64,000 nucleotides of DNA, from positions 186,001-250,000 of the IMG/VR virus record IMGVR_UViG_3300024239_000011; one strand, 5' to 3'. Positions 47,833-57,478 of this stretch are shown in pieces. The notes under the pieces are model-generated. The model did not search any database. It was not told where the DNA came from and saw nothing but the letters and a program-made list of their open reading frames with translations. The position numbers were made by a program, and so were the translations under genes. The first letter of the stretch is position 1; every line of letters begins with the position of its first letter.

Positions 47833-49593
47833 TTAGAGGTTTAGGTCTGGTCCGGTATCACCACCAGACGCGCCTTCGCCACCGCTAATTGGACTTTCAC
47901 CACCGGTCATGTCCATGTCACCACCTTCATCGCCCATGTCCATATCACCCATACCCATATCGAAGCCGCCACCGCCGCCCCCAATACCAACATCACGCAG
48001 ACCGCCGCTTTTGTCTTCACCGGACTTACCAGACTTATCTTTAACCTTCGAAGCGTTTTCGGCTGCCCAATACTTCTCATTTTCGAGAACTTCGTCTTCA
48101 GTCCAACCAGCATACTTGATAAGACCGTAACGCTTCGAAATCCACGGAATCTGACTGACTTGACCATACAATCCAAGACGCTGAGAATCAATTTCCATAC
48201 GCTTGTATTCACCGAAGTTTTGTGGCTCGTGGAATGCAATCTCGTAGATAGTCGGATGAATTTCGATGCCGTTCCTCTTTAAGAACAACTTGAATTCCAT
48301 ATCAAACATTGGCGCAAGAACATTCTGAAGACGTTGGCAATATTTTGAGAAACGCCATTCCTGAATGTATGCGGTACCTACACGCCCATCACTTACCTGG
48401 GCGGTACCATCTTCTGGTCCAGTCGGTAAATACGATGTTGGAATACGCAGCGCACGGAACAACTTATTGCTGAAGTATTTCACGTCATCGATCTCGCCCA
48501 GGTTCTCACCCGCAGGGAGAGTTTCAACCTTAGAGCCGCGACCCTCGGCTGACTGAGCAAAGAAATAGTCTTCAATGATCGCCATGGGATTATACGCCGC
48601 ATCCAGAATGGATGCGCCACCGCCTGTCCGGTTAGGAATACGACGCTGGTGAATTTCGTTCTTGATTCGTTCCACATAAGCCATCGCCTTATGGGCGGGC
48701 ATGTTACCCACATCCACATAAAATACGCGACGTTCAGGGGCACGCTGGACGCGGTAAATGATCATCGCATCTTCCAGCAATTCCTTCTGCTTATAGACCT
48801 TGAATACCGATTCAAGAATTGAGTTACCAAATGGCCAATTCTGATCCATACCTTCGGACAAAGAAAGGTGAACCACATGTTCTGCCGCCACCGGCACAAC
48901 TTGTTCATTGTGTCCACCACCGAACCGGGTTTGCATAATCGGGGTTGAAGCCAGGGTGGAACCGCCGCCCATCAATGGTTCAGCGCCAGTCTGGGACGGC
49001 CATGCACCATTCATATTCGCAGCATCCTTGCGGAGCGCCGTAGCGGTCTTTGCCATGATGTTCAGGTCCAAATCCTTGATCAAGTATTCCTGGGGTTCCT
49101 TACCCTCGGCTTCATTGACCACGATGGACTGCACCTTGGCATGATCGACCCACATGAGTTCATACGTCTCGGGGTCGCGGATAAAGAACTGATCACCGTA
49201 CTTGATCGTGTTACGGACAACCTTCCAAATGCGACGGCGGAAATCGTTCAGCTTGACCCACTTACGAAGAGCAGTTTCAAGAAGTTCAGTTTCCGTTTCG
49301 GTCGGTTCTTCGTGATACACGATCTCGAACGGCTGATCCTCATTGTCTTCGATCTGGGTACAGAAATCGGCAATGGTATCGAGGGCAGCATTGATTTCAC
49401 TGTCCATATCCATCTGGTCATACTGTGTATAGCGCGCAATGCGGTCGCCTTGACCAGAATAGACCTCGGGGAGCCAGCTTGCGAATTTACCGCCGGTACC
49501 GGCGCCATATGCTCTATCGTCAAGCCCGCTCATCGCGGTAGATGCCTTGAGCTTTTTGCTCGGCACTACCTGAAAGTGCTTCTTCCAACTCAT
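47833..49593 (-). CDS. Portal protein (T4 gp20-like)
   Basis: YDQMDMDSEINAALD, LLEDA.IIYR..RAPERRVFYVDVGNMP.HKA, EDYFF...EGRGSKVETLP.G.NLGEIDD..YF..KL.RAL.IP. Confidence 0.96.
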   Translation of the reverse strand: MSWKKHFQVVPSKKLKASTAMSGLDDRAYGAGTGGKFASWLPEVYSGQGDRIARYTQYDQMDMDSEINAALDTIADFCTQIEDNEDQPFEIVYHEEPTETETELLETALRKWVKLNDFRRRIWKVVRNTIKYGDQFFIRDPETYELMWVDHAKVQSIVVNEAEGKEPQEYLIKDLDLNIMAKTATALRKDAANMNGAWPSQTGAEPLMGGGSTLASTPIMQTRFGGGHNEQVVPVAAEHVVHLSLSEGMDQNWPFGNSILESVFKVYKQKELLEDAMIIYRVQRAPERRVFYVDVGNMPAHKAMAYVERIKNEIHQRRIPNRTGGGASILDAAYNPMAIIEDYFFAQSAEGRGSKVETLPAGENLGEIDDVKYFSNKLFRALRIPTSYLPTGPEDGTAQVSDGRVGTAYIQEWRFSKYCQRLQNVLAPMFDMEFKLFLKRNGIEIHPTIYEIAFHEPQNFGEYKRMEIDSQRLGLYGQVSQIPWISKRYGLIKYAGWTEDEVLENEKYWAAENASKVKDKSGKSGEDKSGGLRDVGIGGGGGGFDMGMGDMDMGDEGGDMDMTGGESPISGGEGASGGDTGPDLNL

Positions 49594-49638
49594 TAAATCA
49601 CCTCAAGTGTGTGTAGTGGTGTGATTAACCGCGACTAT

Positions 49639-51735
49639 TTATGCAGTCTGAACAGCGATTCGCCCGGTATTGTCTGCCATGTCCTTCGTGTGGCGCAATG
49701 TATCTTCCAAACGTTCGTTCTGTTTCTTCAATTCTTCCATCATAACACGTTGCTGCTCTAGTTGAGCTTTAAGAATTTCGATGGTTTCATTTCGGTGGGC
49801 AGTCTGCGCGTCTGCCTGTTTTTGCAACTCTGACTTCTGTTGCTCGGACATAACTGCTATGGGCTGGTCTTTACCACCCATGTTCTGGTTGTTATTAGGA
49901 GAAGTAACCGTCGTCGGAGTTTGTGCGGGTCCGGACGAACCGAAGATTCCAGTTACACTATCCCAGGCGCTACCGATTGCCCCGGTAGTAGTATTCCAGG
50001 CATTTGAAACCGTTGACTTGGCAGACGCATAACTGTTGGTAACGCCGTTTACAAAGCCTGCAACACTATCGATGGCTTGCCTCAACGATTCGAGACTGCT
50101 TTGCCATTTTTCAATTTCACCACCTAGCGACCAATTACTAAGCGATTCCTTGGTTTTGAGCAGCCATTTCGCTATTTCTGCTAATGTTCCATCCCCACCG
50201 GCCAACTCAGCCACCTTCCCCCACAGGTAATCCCATGCTTCCAAGGCTGCGGCACGAAGACGCTCAAAAATACTTTCAAACTTTTTCGTCCATTGCTCAC
50301 TGTCGGTGCCCAAGGTATTAATCTCTTTCATGATGTCCGCAATGGTATCCCATGCTGGACCAAGAAATTTTGCACCCTTGTCAAAAAGGTCGAACGCAAA
50401 CGATTTGAAATTTGCACGCAATGTGCTTAGCGCCTGATCAGCTTGAAGCAAGGTCCGGGTAAACCCAGTACGTCGCTTCATTTCTTCCTCAAACGATTCT
50501 GGTTTCTGGTTCGCAGACTCGCGGGCATGGGCGAGAACGTCCATGACCATTTTGGACTGCGCATCGCCGTCAGACGCCATCTGATTGAGGATTTGTATCT
50601 GGGCTTCTGACATGTTCCCAAGATCAGCCATCAATGCCTTGGTGATGGCTTCCGGGTCTGTCTTCCCACCACTGTTCGCCGTGTTTAGCTGGTTCTGAAT
50701 GGTGTCTAGCGTATTCTGAAGACCAAGCCCTGCATTCGATGCCAGATCGGAGAACCATACACTCCCGTTCTTCACAAACGCATCCATGATCGAATCGGCG
50801 GCGCCCTTACCAGCCTGGGCAGACATATTCTGGTACAACTTCATGAGTTCTTGCTGACTACCTTGACCGCGCATACTCATGGAGAGTTTCCACCCGGAAT
50901 CGTCATTCGATTTAGTCATAGAACCACGTAGAATGTCGTCGCGGCTTCGACCGGTTATGCGCGCCAACATATCTGCGTTCTGGACCAAATCCTTGAAGCT
51001 TTCAGCAGCATCCTTGGCACTCATTGTTTCAAGCTTGCCTGTCTGCTTGAGCATTTTTATGTGCTGGGTGTAATGCTTCTGCACATCCCCCAACGTCATC
51101 CCAAAGTTCTCGACCTTAGCCATCACCGAGGTCATCGTTGAGAAATAGTCGCTGAGTCCTTTTCCACCCAGTGTCGCGGCAGCTTCGGATGCCTCGTTGA
51201 TAGTCTGTGCAAATTGATCAATGGACATATTAGCGTGATATGCCGCTTGACCCATCGCAATGATGTTACCACCAAATGACTGACCGACATTGATCATGTC
51301 ACGGTAGGTATTTCGTGATGCAACCATTTCATCGAATACGTCGGTCATCGCACCAACGACAAGTCCAACGGTCGCACCAAGCAACGAACCAATAAGCGGA
51401 ATTTTACCTAAGGTGTCACCAACCGCGTCCCCCATATCAGAGACCGTCCGAGTGACACTGCGGGCTACATTATCAAAATTACCCAAGTTGTCGAGCGTGT
51501 TATTAACCGACCGTCCAAACTCGACCGAGTCATTACGCAAACTATCAAATATCGTTTTAGTGGCTTTTTCACGAGAAATATCTTTGTTCTTAGCGGCTCT
51601 ATCATCACGAGACCGCTTTCCCCCCATTGCATCCACAAGGTCACGAAGCGTCTTTTCAGTTGCCCAACCGTCGCGTTTATCGATTTGCAATAGAAGACGG
51701 CCAAGCAGTTTTTCGTCAATGTCCATCCGCGTCAC
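49639..51735 (-). CDS. Tape-measure/baseplate-hub-like protein
   Basis: 698 aa, A/G/S-rich helical with W-spaced repeats; divergent from gp26-like gene; minus CTAAATA at ~51785-51791. Confidence 0.55.
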   Translation of the reverse strand: MTRMDIDEKLLGRLLLQIDKRDGWATEKTLRDLVDAMGGKRSRDDRAAKNKDISREKATKTIFDSLRNDSVEFGRSVNNTLDNLGNFDNVARSVTRTVSDMGDAVGDTLGKIPLIGSLLGATVGLVVGAMTDVFDEMVASRNTYRDMINVGQSFGGNIIAMGQAAYHANMSIDQFAQTINEASEAAATLGGKGLSDYFSTMTSVMAKVENFGMTLGDVQKHYTQHIKMLKQTGKLETMSAKDAAESFKDLVQNADMLARITGRSRDDILRGSMTKSNDDSGWKLSMSMRGQGSQQELMKLYQNMSAQAGKGAADSIMDAFVKNGSVWFSDLASNAGLGLQNTLDTIQNQLNTANSGGKTDPEAITKALMADLGNMSEAQIQILNQMASDGDAQSKMVMDVLAHARESANQKPESFEEEMKRRTGFTRTLLQADQALSTLRANFKSFAFDLFDKGAKFLGPAWDTIADIMKEINTLGTDSEQWTKKFESIFERLRAAALEAWDYLWGKVAELAGGDGTLAEIAKWLLKTKESLSNWSLGGEIEKWQSSLESLRQAIDSVAGFVNGVTNSYASAKSTVSNAWNTTTGAIGSAWDSVTGIFGSSGPAQTPTTVTSPNNNQNMGGKDQPIAVMSEQQKSELQKQADAQTAHRNETIEILKAQLEQQRVMMEELKKQNERLEDTLRHTKDMADNTGRIAVQTA

Positions 51736-51805
51736 CTCGGGTTAAAACCCAATAAAATCCGATTATAAATACTGATATCTAAAGTATTTAGTAAGGGATT
51801 ATAGT

Positions 51806-52648
51806 ATGACAGAAATGCCATCAACCAACCCACTGCGCAAATTCTTCCGCGAACCGGGTATATATATCAAGCTCCCAACCATGGGGTACTTCAACCCCGG
51901 TGAGATTGATTTCACGGCATCAGGGGAAATCCCGATCTACCCGATGACGGCTTACGATGAGCTTCTTCTGAAAAACCCTGATGCATTGCTCAATGGTGAT
52001 GCAATCGAACGCATCATCACATCCTGTGTTCCTGATATTAGAAACCCACGAAATCTTTGCACACCAGATGTTGATACTATTCTTTTGGCAATTCGCGCAT
52101 CATCATATGGCGACATCATCGAATACCAATCAAATTGCCCCAAGTGTAACAAAGAAAACACTTATGCAGCATCCATCCGTTTTGCAGTAGAAACCATTGC
52201 ATTCCATGAACCGGCATATCCAGTGGAAGTGGGTAAGAATGTATTAGTGCATATTCGTCCACGGTCGTTTGCAACCGCGACGAAAGCGGCGATCAAAGCG
52301 TTTGAACAGCAAAAACTTCTTCAGGAAATCACCAAAGCAACTGAAATAGATGATCTTGAGAAAAACGCCATCTTCCGTGACAGCTTTGAGAAAATCTCAA
52401 ACCTGAACTTCGAACTGATAGCGGATTCGATTATTTCCGTTACTATCCCGCAAGGCACGGTGGTCGAACCGGAATTCATCAAAGAATGGCTAGTGAATAC
52501 TGACACTCGTTCCGTTAAAAAAGTGGAAAAGGAAATTTTACGAGTAACTGAGATCGGTGTGAACAAAAAACACGCGGTTTCCTGTCCTAATTGTCAGCAC
52601 GAATGGGAGTCGAATATTATCTTCGATCCATCCTATTTTTTCGGATGA
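51806..52648 (+). CDS. Baseplate hub assembly protein (T4 gp26/gp51-like)
   Basis: NPL..FFR.P.IYI.LP, PMTA.DE..LK.PDALLNG, D.D.IL.AIR.SSYG, CPKC and CPNC, ends DPSYFFG. Confidence 0.85.
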   Translation: MTEMPSTNPLRKFFREPGIYIKLPTMGYFNPGEIDFTASGEIPIYPMTAYDELLLKNPDALLNGDAIERIITSCVPDIRNPRNLCTPDVDTILLAIRASSYGDIIEYQSNCPKCNKENTYAASIRFAVETIAFHEPAYPVEVGKNVLVHIRPRSFATATKAAIKAFEQQKLLQEITKATEIDDLEKNAIFRDSFEKISNLNFELIADSIISVTIPQGTVVEPEFIKEWLVNTDTRSVKKVEKEILRVTEIGVNKKHAVSCPNCQHEWESNIIFDPSYFFG

Positions 52649-52869
52649 GGCTCTTGGCAGCAACGCCGGAAGAAATTCAGCATATCCTCCATGAAATGAC
52701 TGAGGAGTCGAGAGCCATAACAAAGTCAATAGCAGACATCGTAACTTACTCAAATGGTGGAGTAGGTTGGTCTGAAGCATGGTCAATGTCTCCGGAATCC
52801 CGCAAAACCATAGCGAAATCCATTGGAGAACTGTTTGAATTTAAGAAAAAAACTGGATTACCATTTTAA
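52645..52869 (+). CDS. Small baseplate/tail chaperone partner (possible -1 frameshift extension of the previous gene)
   Basis: GGV.WSEAW.MSP..R pattern; ATGA overlap; T TTT TTC at 52636-52642. Confidence 0.6.
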   Translation: MRLLAATPEEIQHILHEMTEESRAITKSIADIVTYSNGGVGWSEAWSMSPESRKTIAKSIGELFEFKKKTGLPF

Positions 52870-52936
52870 TTGGGTTTGACACCCTCTACTATCCATGATA
52901 GTATGATATAGTGATCGTTGTTCAGTAGAGGGTGTC

Positions 52937-53377
52937 ATGAGCAACAAACCCGCAATCGGTATTTTCGTCTGGATGGCGTTTGGCACCAAACTCATCAAAA
53001 GCCGATTGTTCTGGGTCGCTATGTGGGCGATCTGGCTGGTATTGTTCCCATGGGCTACCTCACCAAACCCAAACCAAGGTCCAGTACAGATTGTATGGGT
53101 GATCATATCGATCATCATTCTGCCCACCGTGTTCTATATCATTCAAGCGATTCTCTCGAACATCATCGTGAAAATTCTACTTTGGTTATGCGTAGGTTTC
53201 TGTTGGTTTTGGGCAGTAGTGTTTTGGTACAAAGGCTTCGATCCTATTCCGCCTTTGTTCCTTTCGTTAATTCCGTTGGCATTTATTGCCTGGAAGTTCA
53301 CTCTTATTGTGATTTCTGGTGGAATTGCTACCTTAGCACTCGGAACGCGCTGGTCTTTCAGAAAAACTGAAGACTAA
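52937..53377 (+). CDS. Multi-pass membrane protein
   Basis: About four hydrophobic segments; TTGACA..TATGAT-like promoter upstream. Confidence 0.65.
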   Translation: MSNKPAIGIFVWMAFGTKLIKSRLFWVAMWAIWLVLFPWATSPNPNQGPVQIVWVIISIIILPTVFYIIQAILSNIIVKILLWLCVGFCWFWAVVFWYKGFDPIPPLFLSLIPLAFIAWKFTLIVISGGIATLALGTRWSFRKTED

Positions 53378-53384
53378 ACAACTT

Positions 53385-54255
53385 TTAGTTATTGCACCAG
53401 ATCGAGGTACCACCTTCCCTCCCATAAAAGAAGGAAGATGGTAACACGGATTTGCACCGAGTCTCAGTACCCGAACATCGAGGCTAGTGCTTTAAAACAG
53501 CACGGTAGGCGGGTCGTCGTACTCCTACCATCCCCTCTCACCTTCACTCCGACCGGTGCCGATCAGGGACTTGTCGGTAATTCCTGACCGGGTGCCTGTT
53601 GTGGTTCATCACATATCAGGCTCTTTGCACCAAATAACCTAAGGTAATTGGATTTACATAGCTACACTCAGTAGCCGTGTCTATTTCAGTTCGATTGAAC
53701 TGGGGTCCGCTTGGCGTGCCTTGCATTCCCTATCCCGCCGACTGCACTCGTGGTCTTGTTGATCCCACAAGCGGATTTCCAGCGGTTGTGCTACACTCAC
53801 TCAATGTCTTCGTCGGCGGCTGTGTAGCCTATTGTCCGAAGCCAGGGGTACTGCGGGATCACAGTGGTTGAAATCCCTGTGTAGGTATATAATGCTGCGA
53901 GCAGCTACGCTAAATATGTGCATAGCTGTTCGCAGCTATATGACACCTTCCGGTGTCCTGCTTAACTGCCCAGACGGAAACCCTCACCATGCCCGGTGGG
54001 GGTTTCTTTATGTCTGGACATAACCGAGATAGGGTAAACCTATTGAGCCTGTGGACGTGCTGAGTAAAGAGCGGTGTTAACGGAGCCAAGAACGGGATGG
54101 GATTATATCCCTGCGCCGAACCGCAGAAGTCCACAGCTTGGAAATTATATGCGGAATTTTTACCTAACCACATAAGATTTTACCTGAAAGAATCGAAAAG
54201 ACTCGTGCAGGTTGCCGTACACGAGTCTTAACGAATCTGTAGTGGTAGCCGCAAT
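53385..54255. ncRNA. Large structured non-coding region (candidate ncRNA)
   Basis: ~870 nt with no credible ORF and more than 10 visible helices, several with G-U-compatible substitutions. Confidence 0.6.
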
Positions 54256-54262
54256 ATAAAAA

Positions 54263-54505
54263 TTAGGTATGCCTGAGGATTTCCTTGCGGATGATCTTCG
54301 CATCCACTTCAGGTCGTGACGCGATTTTCAGGCTTACCGACGAACCGTGGCACGTACATTCGGTGCCAGTGAATGACACAAATCCAGCCGCGATAACATG
54401 ACCGGGCATAGCATTTGCGATCAACGCATGTTCGATGTAGTTTGGGAAAACGATGGCAGCATCATTTAGACCATTGTCCATAATGACGTATTTGGCGTCT
54501 TTCAT
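54263..54505 (-). CDS. Hypothetical protein
   Basis: KYV....IVFP..I.H...AAGFV...C.G.S.SL.I.SR pattern. Confidence 0.6.
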   Translation of the reverse strand: MKDAKYVIMDNGLNDAAIVFPNYIEHALIANAMPGHVIAAGFVSFTGTECTCHGSSVSLKIASRPEVDAKIIRKEILRHT

Positions 54506-55122
54506 TACAATCCTCGTCTGGTAATGGTGTCGATGGCGCGTTGAAGCATTTCAGTTTCGGAATTGGTCAGAGTGGTGCCCAGTCGGGTACGGATTGATTC
54601 CAGTCCTTCAAGGGTTTCGTCCTTTCTGACTTTCGCGGCGGTTTCCTTTTCCTCTTGTTCTTTCTTCCGTGTTGCTTCGCGTGCTGCTTCGTCCGCTCTA
54701 CGCTTGCGTTCTTTTTCTTCGTATTCCGCAGTAGCAATCGCGATCTCTTCGGTGGTCATAAGACGCCGATGACCATATGCATTTTGAAAGCGCCAGCCCA
54801 AAACCAGCGGTGCAAGGTCGGCAAGGTCGTAGTTTTTGTTGGCGTGGTGTGCCTTGAGGAATTCGGTTTCCCCAAAACCATAAGAGTAGGTTTCCCACAG
54901 GGCATCCACTAGGAGAGCTTGCTTGCCCCAACCATACGGACGGCGAGCGTAGCCCACCAACGCACCATCGACGCGGATTTCCCACCGGGTGCGTTCCTTG
55001 GGATGTCCATCGGGGTTTCCTTCCGATACCCACTGATGGCGCCAGCGTTCGATCTGCGTAAATTCGACCGTGCTGCCGTCGATCATGAAACTGACGGTTT
55101 TGGATTTCGGCTTAGTAGGCAT
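54505..55122 (-). CDS. Hypothetical protein
   Basis: Likely ATG 55122; charged coiled-coil C-terminus. Confidence 0.55.
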   Translation of the reverse strand: MPTKPKSKTVSFMIDGSTVEFTQIERWRHQWVSEGNPDGHPKERTRWEIRVDGALVGYARRPYGWGKQALLVDALWETYSYGFGETEFLKAHHANKNYDLADLAPLVLGWRFQNAYGHRRLMTTEEIAIATAEYEEKERKRRADEAAREATRKKEQEEKETAAKVRKDETLEGLESIRTRLGTTLTNSETEMLQRAIDTITRRGL

Positions 55123-55465
55123 TCGGGTCACCCCATAAATCTTTAAGGTAATAGTCTTGATCCACACACCTTGCGCGCAATGCCATGCAATGTTCGGCAA
55201 GCAAGCTCGGTAGGTTGTCCTTGAAAGTTCCTTCAAAAATCATAGGACGCCCTTCGTGTGACACATCTTTATAGTGTTTTACCGGTGACATATGGGCGAA
55301 CACGATCTTATTTTGAGCAAGGTAAATCCGGTAGACTTTTTCATCGCATTGCATGCGGCACTCGAAGCCCGTAATGTTTCCAGTCTCGATTAATTCGAAG
55401 CCGTGTTTGCACGATGTTACGTGAACATCGGCGTGGGGTTCTAATGGGACGAACGAGACGGACAT
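55112..55465 (-). CDS. Hypothetical protein
   Basis: In a minus-strand run. Confidence 0.5.
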   Translation of the reverse strand: MSVSFVPLEPHADVHVTSCKHGFELIETGNITGFECRMQCDEKVYRIYLAQNKIVFAHMSPVKHYKDVSHEGRPMIFEGTFKDNLPSLLAEHCMALRARCVDQDYYLKDLWGDPNAY

Positions 55466-55480
55466 TTGAATGACCTATGC

Positions 55481-55957
55481 CTACTTGCACATGGGGCAAC
55501 GGATGTAACGCCGTGCCCGATGCGAATGGTTAACCTCGGGATTGGGGACACGTTCGCTACCCTTGCATGTGTCGCAGAACGCTAAATGCTCCGGATGACA
55601 TAGAATGGTGTCACCCCGCCATTTAACCTGAACAATCCCGCTGTCTTCGATCATAACGACCGTGCCTTTATGATCGTAATACCCTTCGGCGTTGCTCCGC
55701 GCAATGCGAACTTTCTGCCCAACCCAGAATTTCTTAGACAAAGTGATGGTATTGAGGTCGAAGATGAATACAACTCCTAGCGGAAGCTTGGACTTGTAAT
55801 GGTACACGGCATGGTCGAAGGTCAGCTTGTTCGGAAAATAGATGCTACATTCATCAACCTCGATTTCCGCACCGTCGCGCTCTCGTATCATGGTTGCCAG
55901 TTTTTCGGCGTTCGCCGGGGTGTTCACCTTGAAAAATTTGTGGAAGCGGATCATCAT
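55481..55957 (-). CDS. Hypothetical protein (SH3-like plus CxxC)
   Basis: VGQKVRI...G.V...V.VKW; CDTC/CPMC. Confidence 0.5.
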   Translation of the reverse strand: MMIRFHKFFKVNTPANAEKLATMIRERDGAEIEVDECSIYFPNKLTFDHAVYHYKSKLPLGVVFIFDLNTITLSKKFWVGQKVRIARSNAEGYYDHKGTVVMIEDSGIVQVKWRGDTILCHPEHLAFCDTCKGSERVPNPEVNHSHRARRYIRCPMCK

Positions 55958-56244
55958 GCCACCGTATTGATGGTGATCGGCATACCGTGGCAGACCCGGC
56001 GTAACGCACCTTTACGTGCAGCGCGGACAGCATCGATAGCCATGCGCCATTCAACACGGTTAATTGTTGAATCAAGGTCATCGGTCTGGAATGCTACTGC
56101 GCGACTTGAACCTTGCCACTCCATATGGACATGGAATTTCTTTTCGGTACCTGCGGTGATCATGGTCGTACTGCGACCAACCGTAATGGTAAAGCCTTTG
56201 ATGCTATTCTCTTCGAGCAGGGCGAGTGCAGTATCGAGTTCCAT
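55954..56244 (-). CDS. Hypothetical protein
   Basis: GAGG RBS. Confidence 0.5.
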   Translation of the reverse strand: MELDTALALLEENSIKGFTITVGRSTTMITAGTEKKFHVHMEWQGSSRAVAFQTDDLDSTINRVEWRMAIDAVRAARKGALRRVCHGMPITINTVA

Positions 56245-56599
56245 ATCAGCCTCACAATTTCACATGGATGATGTGACGTTTACCATCCCACTGGTTGGTC
56301 AGGAAATTCTTCAGCGCAGTTTCCCGCTTGGGAAGAGACATGCGAAAGGATTCGTTGATCGCCCCGCGTTTCCGGCGCCCATAGAAAGTCACTTCGGTGT
56401 AATTGGAGAAATCGTATACCCGCCCGTCGCTGAACCACGCAGTCCCGGACACGGGTTTGCCATTGGTGGTAACCGAGGTGACTTGGCATTTGGTGATGGT
56501 CAGCATGGATGGCTCCTGATTTGAACCAATAGTACCAGCCCAATCCCAAGTTGTCAATCTGGGCCAAAAGAAAACGGGCTGCCGAAGCAGCCCTATGGT

Positions 56600-57394
56600 T
56601 TAGATTACGGAAGATCGTGCGGTTCGTGCTGACTGATGATGGGATGCCCCGCCGTAGGGGTTTGCCATTTCCATGTACTTCAGAAGGTATTGCTCGGGTG
56701 CTACACGGAAATCGATCATCCATGGGGTGTCACCGCGTGGCATCTTTCCGGGTTTCTGGTGCAGGATGGCGATTTTCCACGTGGTGTCTTTAGCAATATC
56801 AACACCAGGGACAACAATCCGGTTCTGGGTGTACGGGGTTTTGATTAGCGACCGGCGCTGTGCTTCATCGTATTCGATTTCCAGCAGACGACGCGGAATT
56901 TGGATGTGGCGCTTGCGCGTTTCATCCAGACTTTCCAAGAACTCATATGAACCGCTACCCTTGACCTGAATGCGGGCAGAGTTGCCATAGAATTTCAGGA
57001 TTTCCGCAACCAGCGCCCGACGCACTTCGCGATGCACTGACATCGGGATGGAGATTACGCTTTCGACCAGCATGAGGATTTGCTTGTCGGTGGCGAAAAG
57101 CCCGTCCCGATGCGTCTGAAGGCTCTCGGGAAGCTCGACCTTCTCCTTGGTGCCAGTCACTACCTTCCGCACGTCAAAGCCCTCTTGGATCGCGGTACCG
57201 AGGGTGTTGATGGTCTGATCCGTGATGGTAGCCAAGAGCTTGGGATCGCGACGGAGCATCCGCATCAATTCCGTGTTCAGGGCGTTGTACAGGACAAGTT
57301 CCTGACCCATAATTGTGCGCACACGGGTCTTATCATGGTATGCAAGCTCTACCGTGTATTGCTGATTTGTTGTTTTCTTATCAATTCTGGTCAT
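56600..57394 (-). CDS. Hypothetical protein, possibly resembling the N-terminal half of TnpB
   Basis: AGGAG RBS; minus TAAATA at ~57459-57464; see finding. Confidence 0.6.
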   Translation of the reverse strand: MTRIDKKTTNQQYTVELAYHDKTRVRTIMGQELVLYNALNTELMRMLRRDPKLLATITDQTINTLGTAIQEGFDVRKVVTGTKEKVELPESLQTHRDGLFATDKQILMLVESVISIPMSVHREVRRALVAEILKFYGNSARIQVKGSGSYEFLESLDETRKRHIQIPRRLLEIEYDEAQRRSLIKTPYTQNRIVVPGVDIAKDTTWKIAILHQKPGKMPRGDTPWMIDFRVAPEQYLLKYMEMANPYGGASHHQSARTARSSVI

Positions 57395-57478
57395 AGTAAC
57401 TCCTTTGTACCCGAAACTCGGATAGAAACATCGCTGATAAATATTTTCAGGATCGTTCTATTTATTTTTCGAGGCAGG

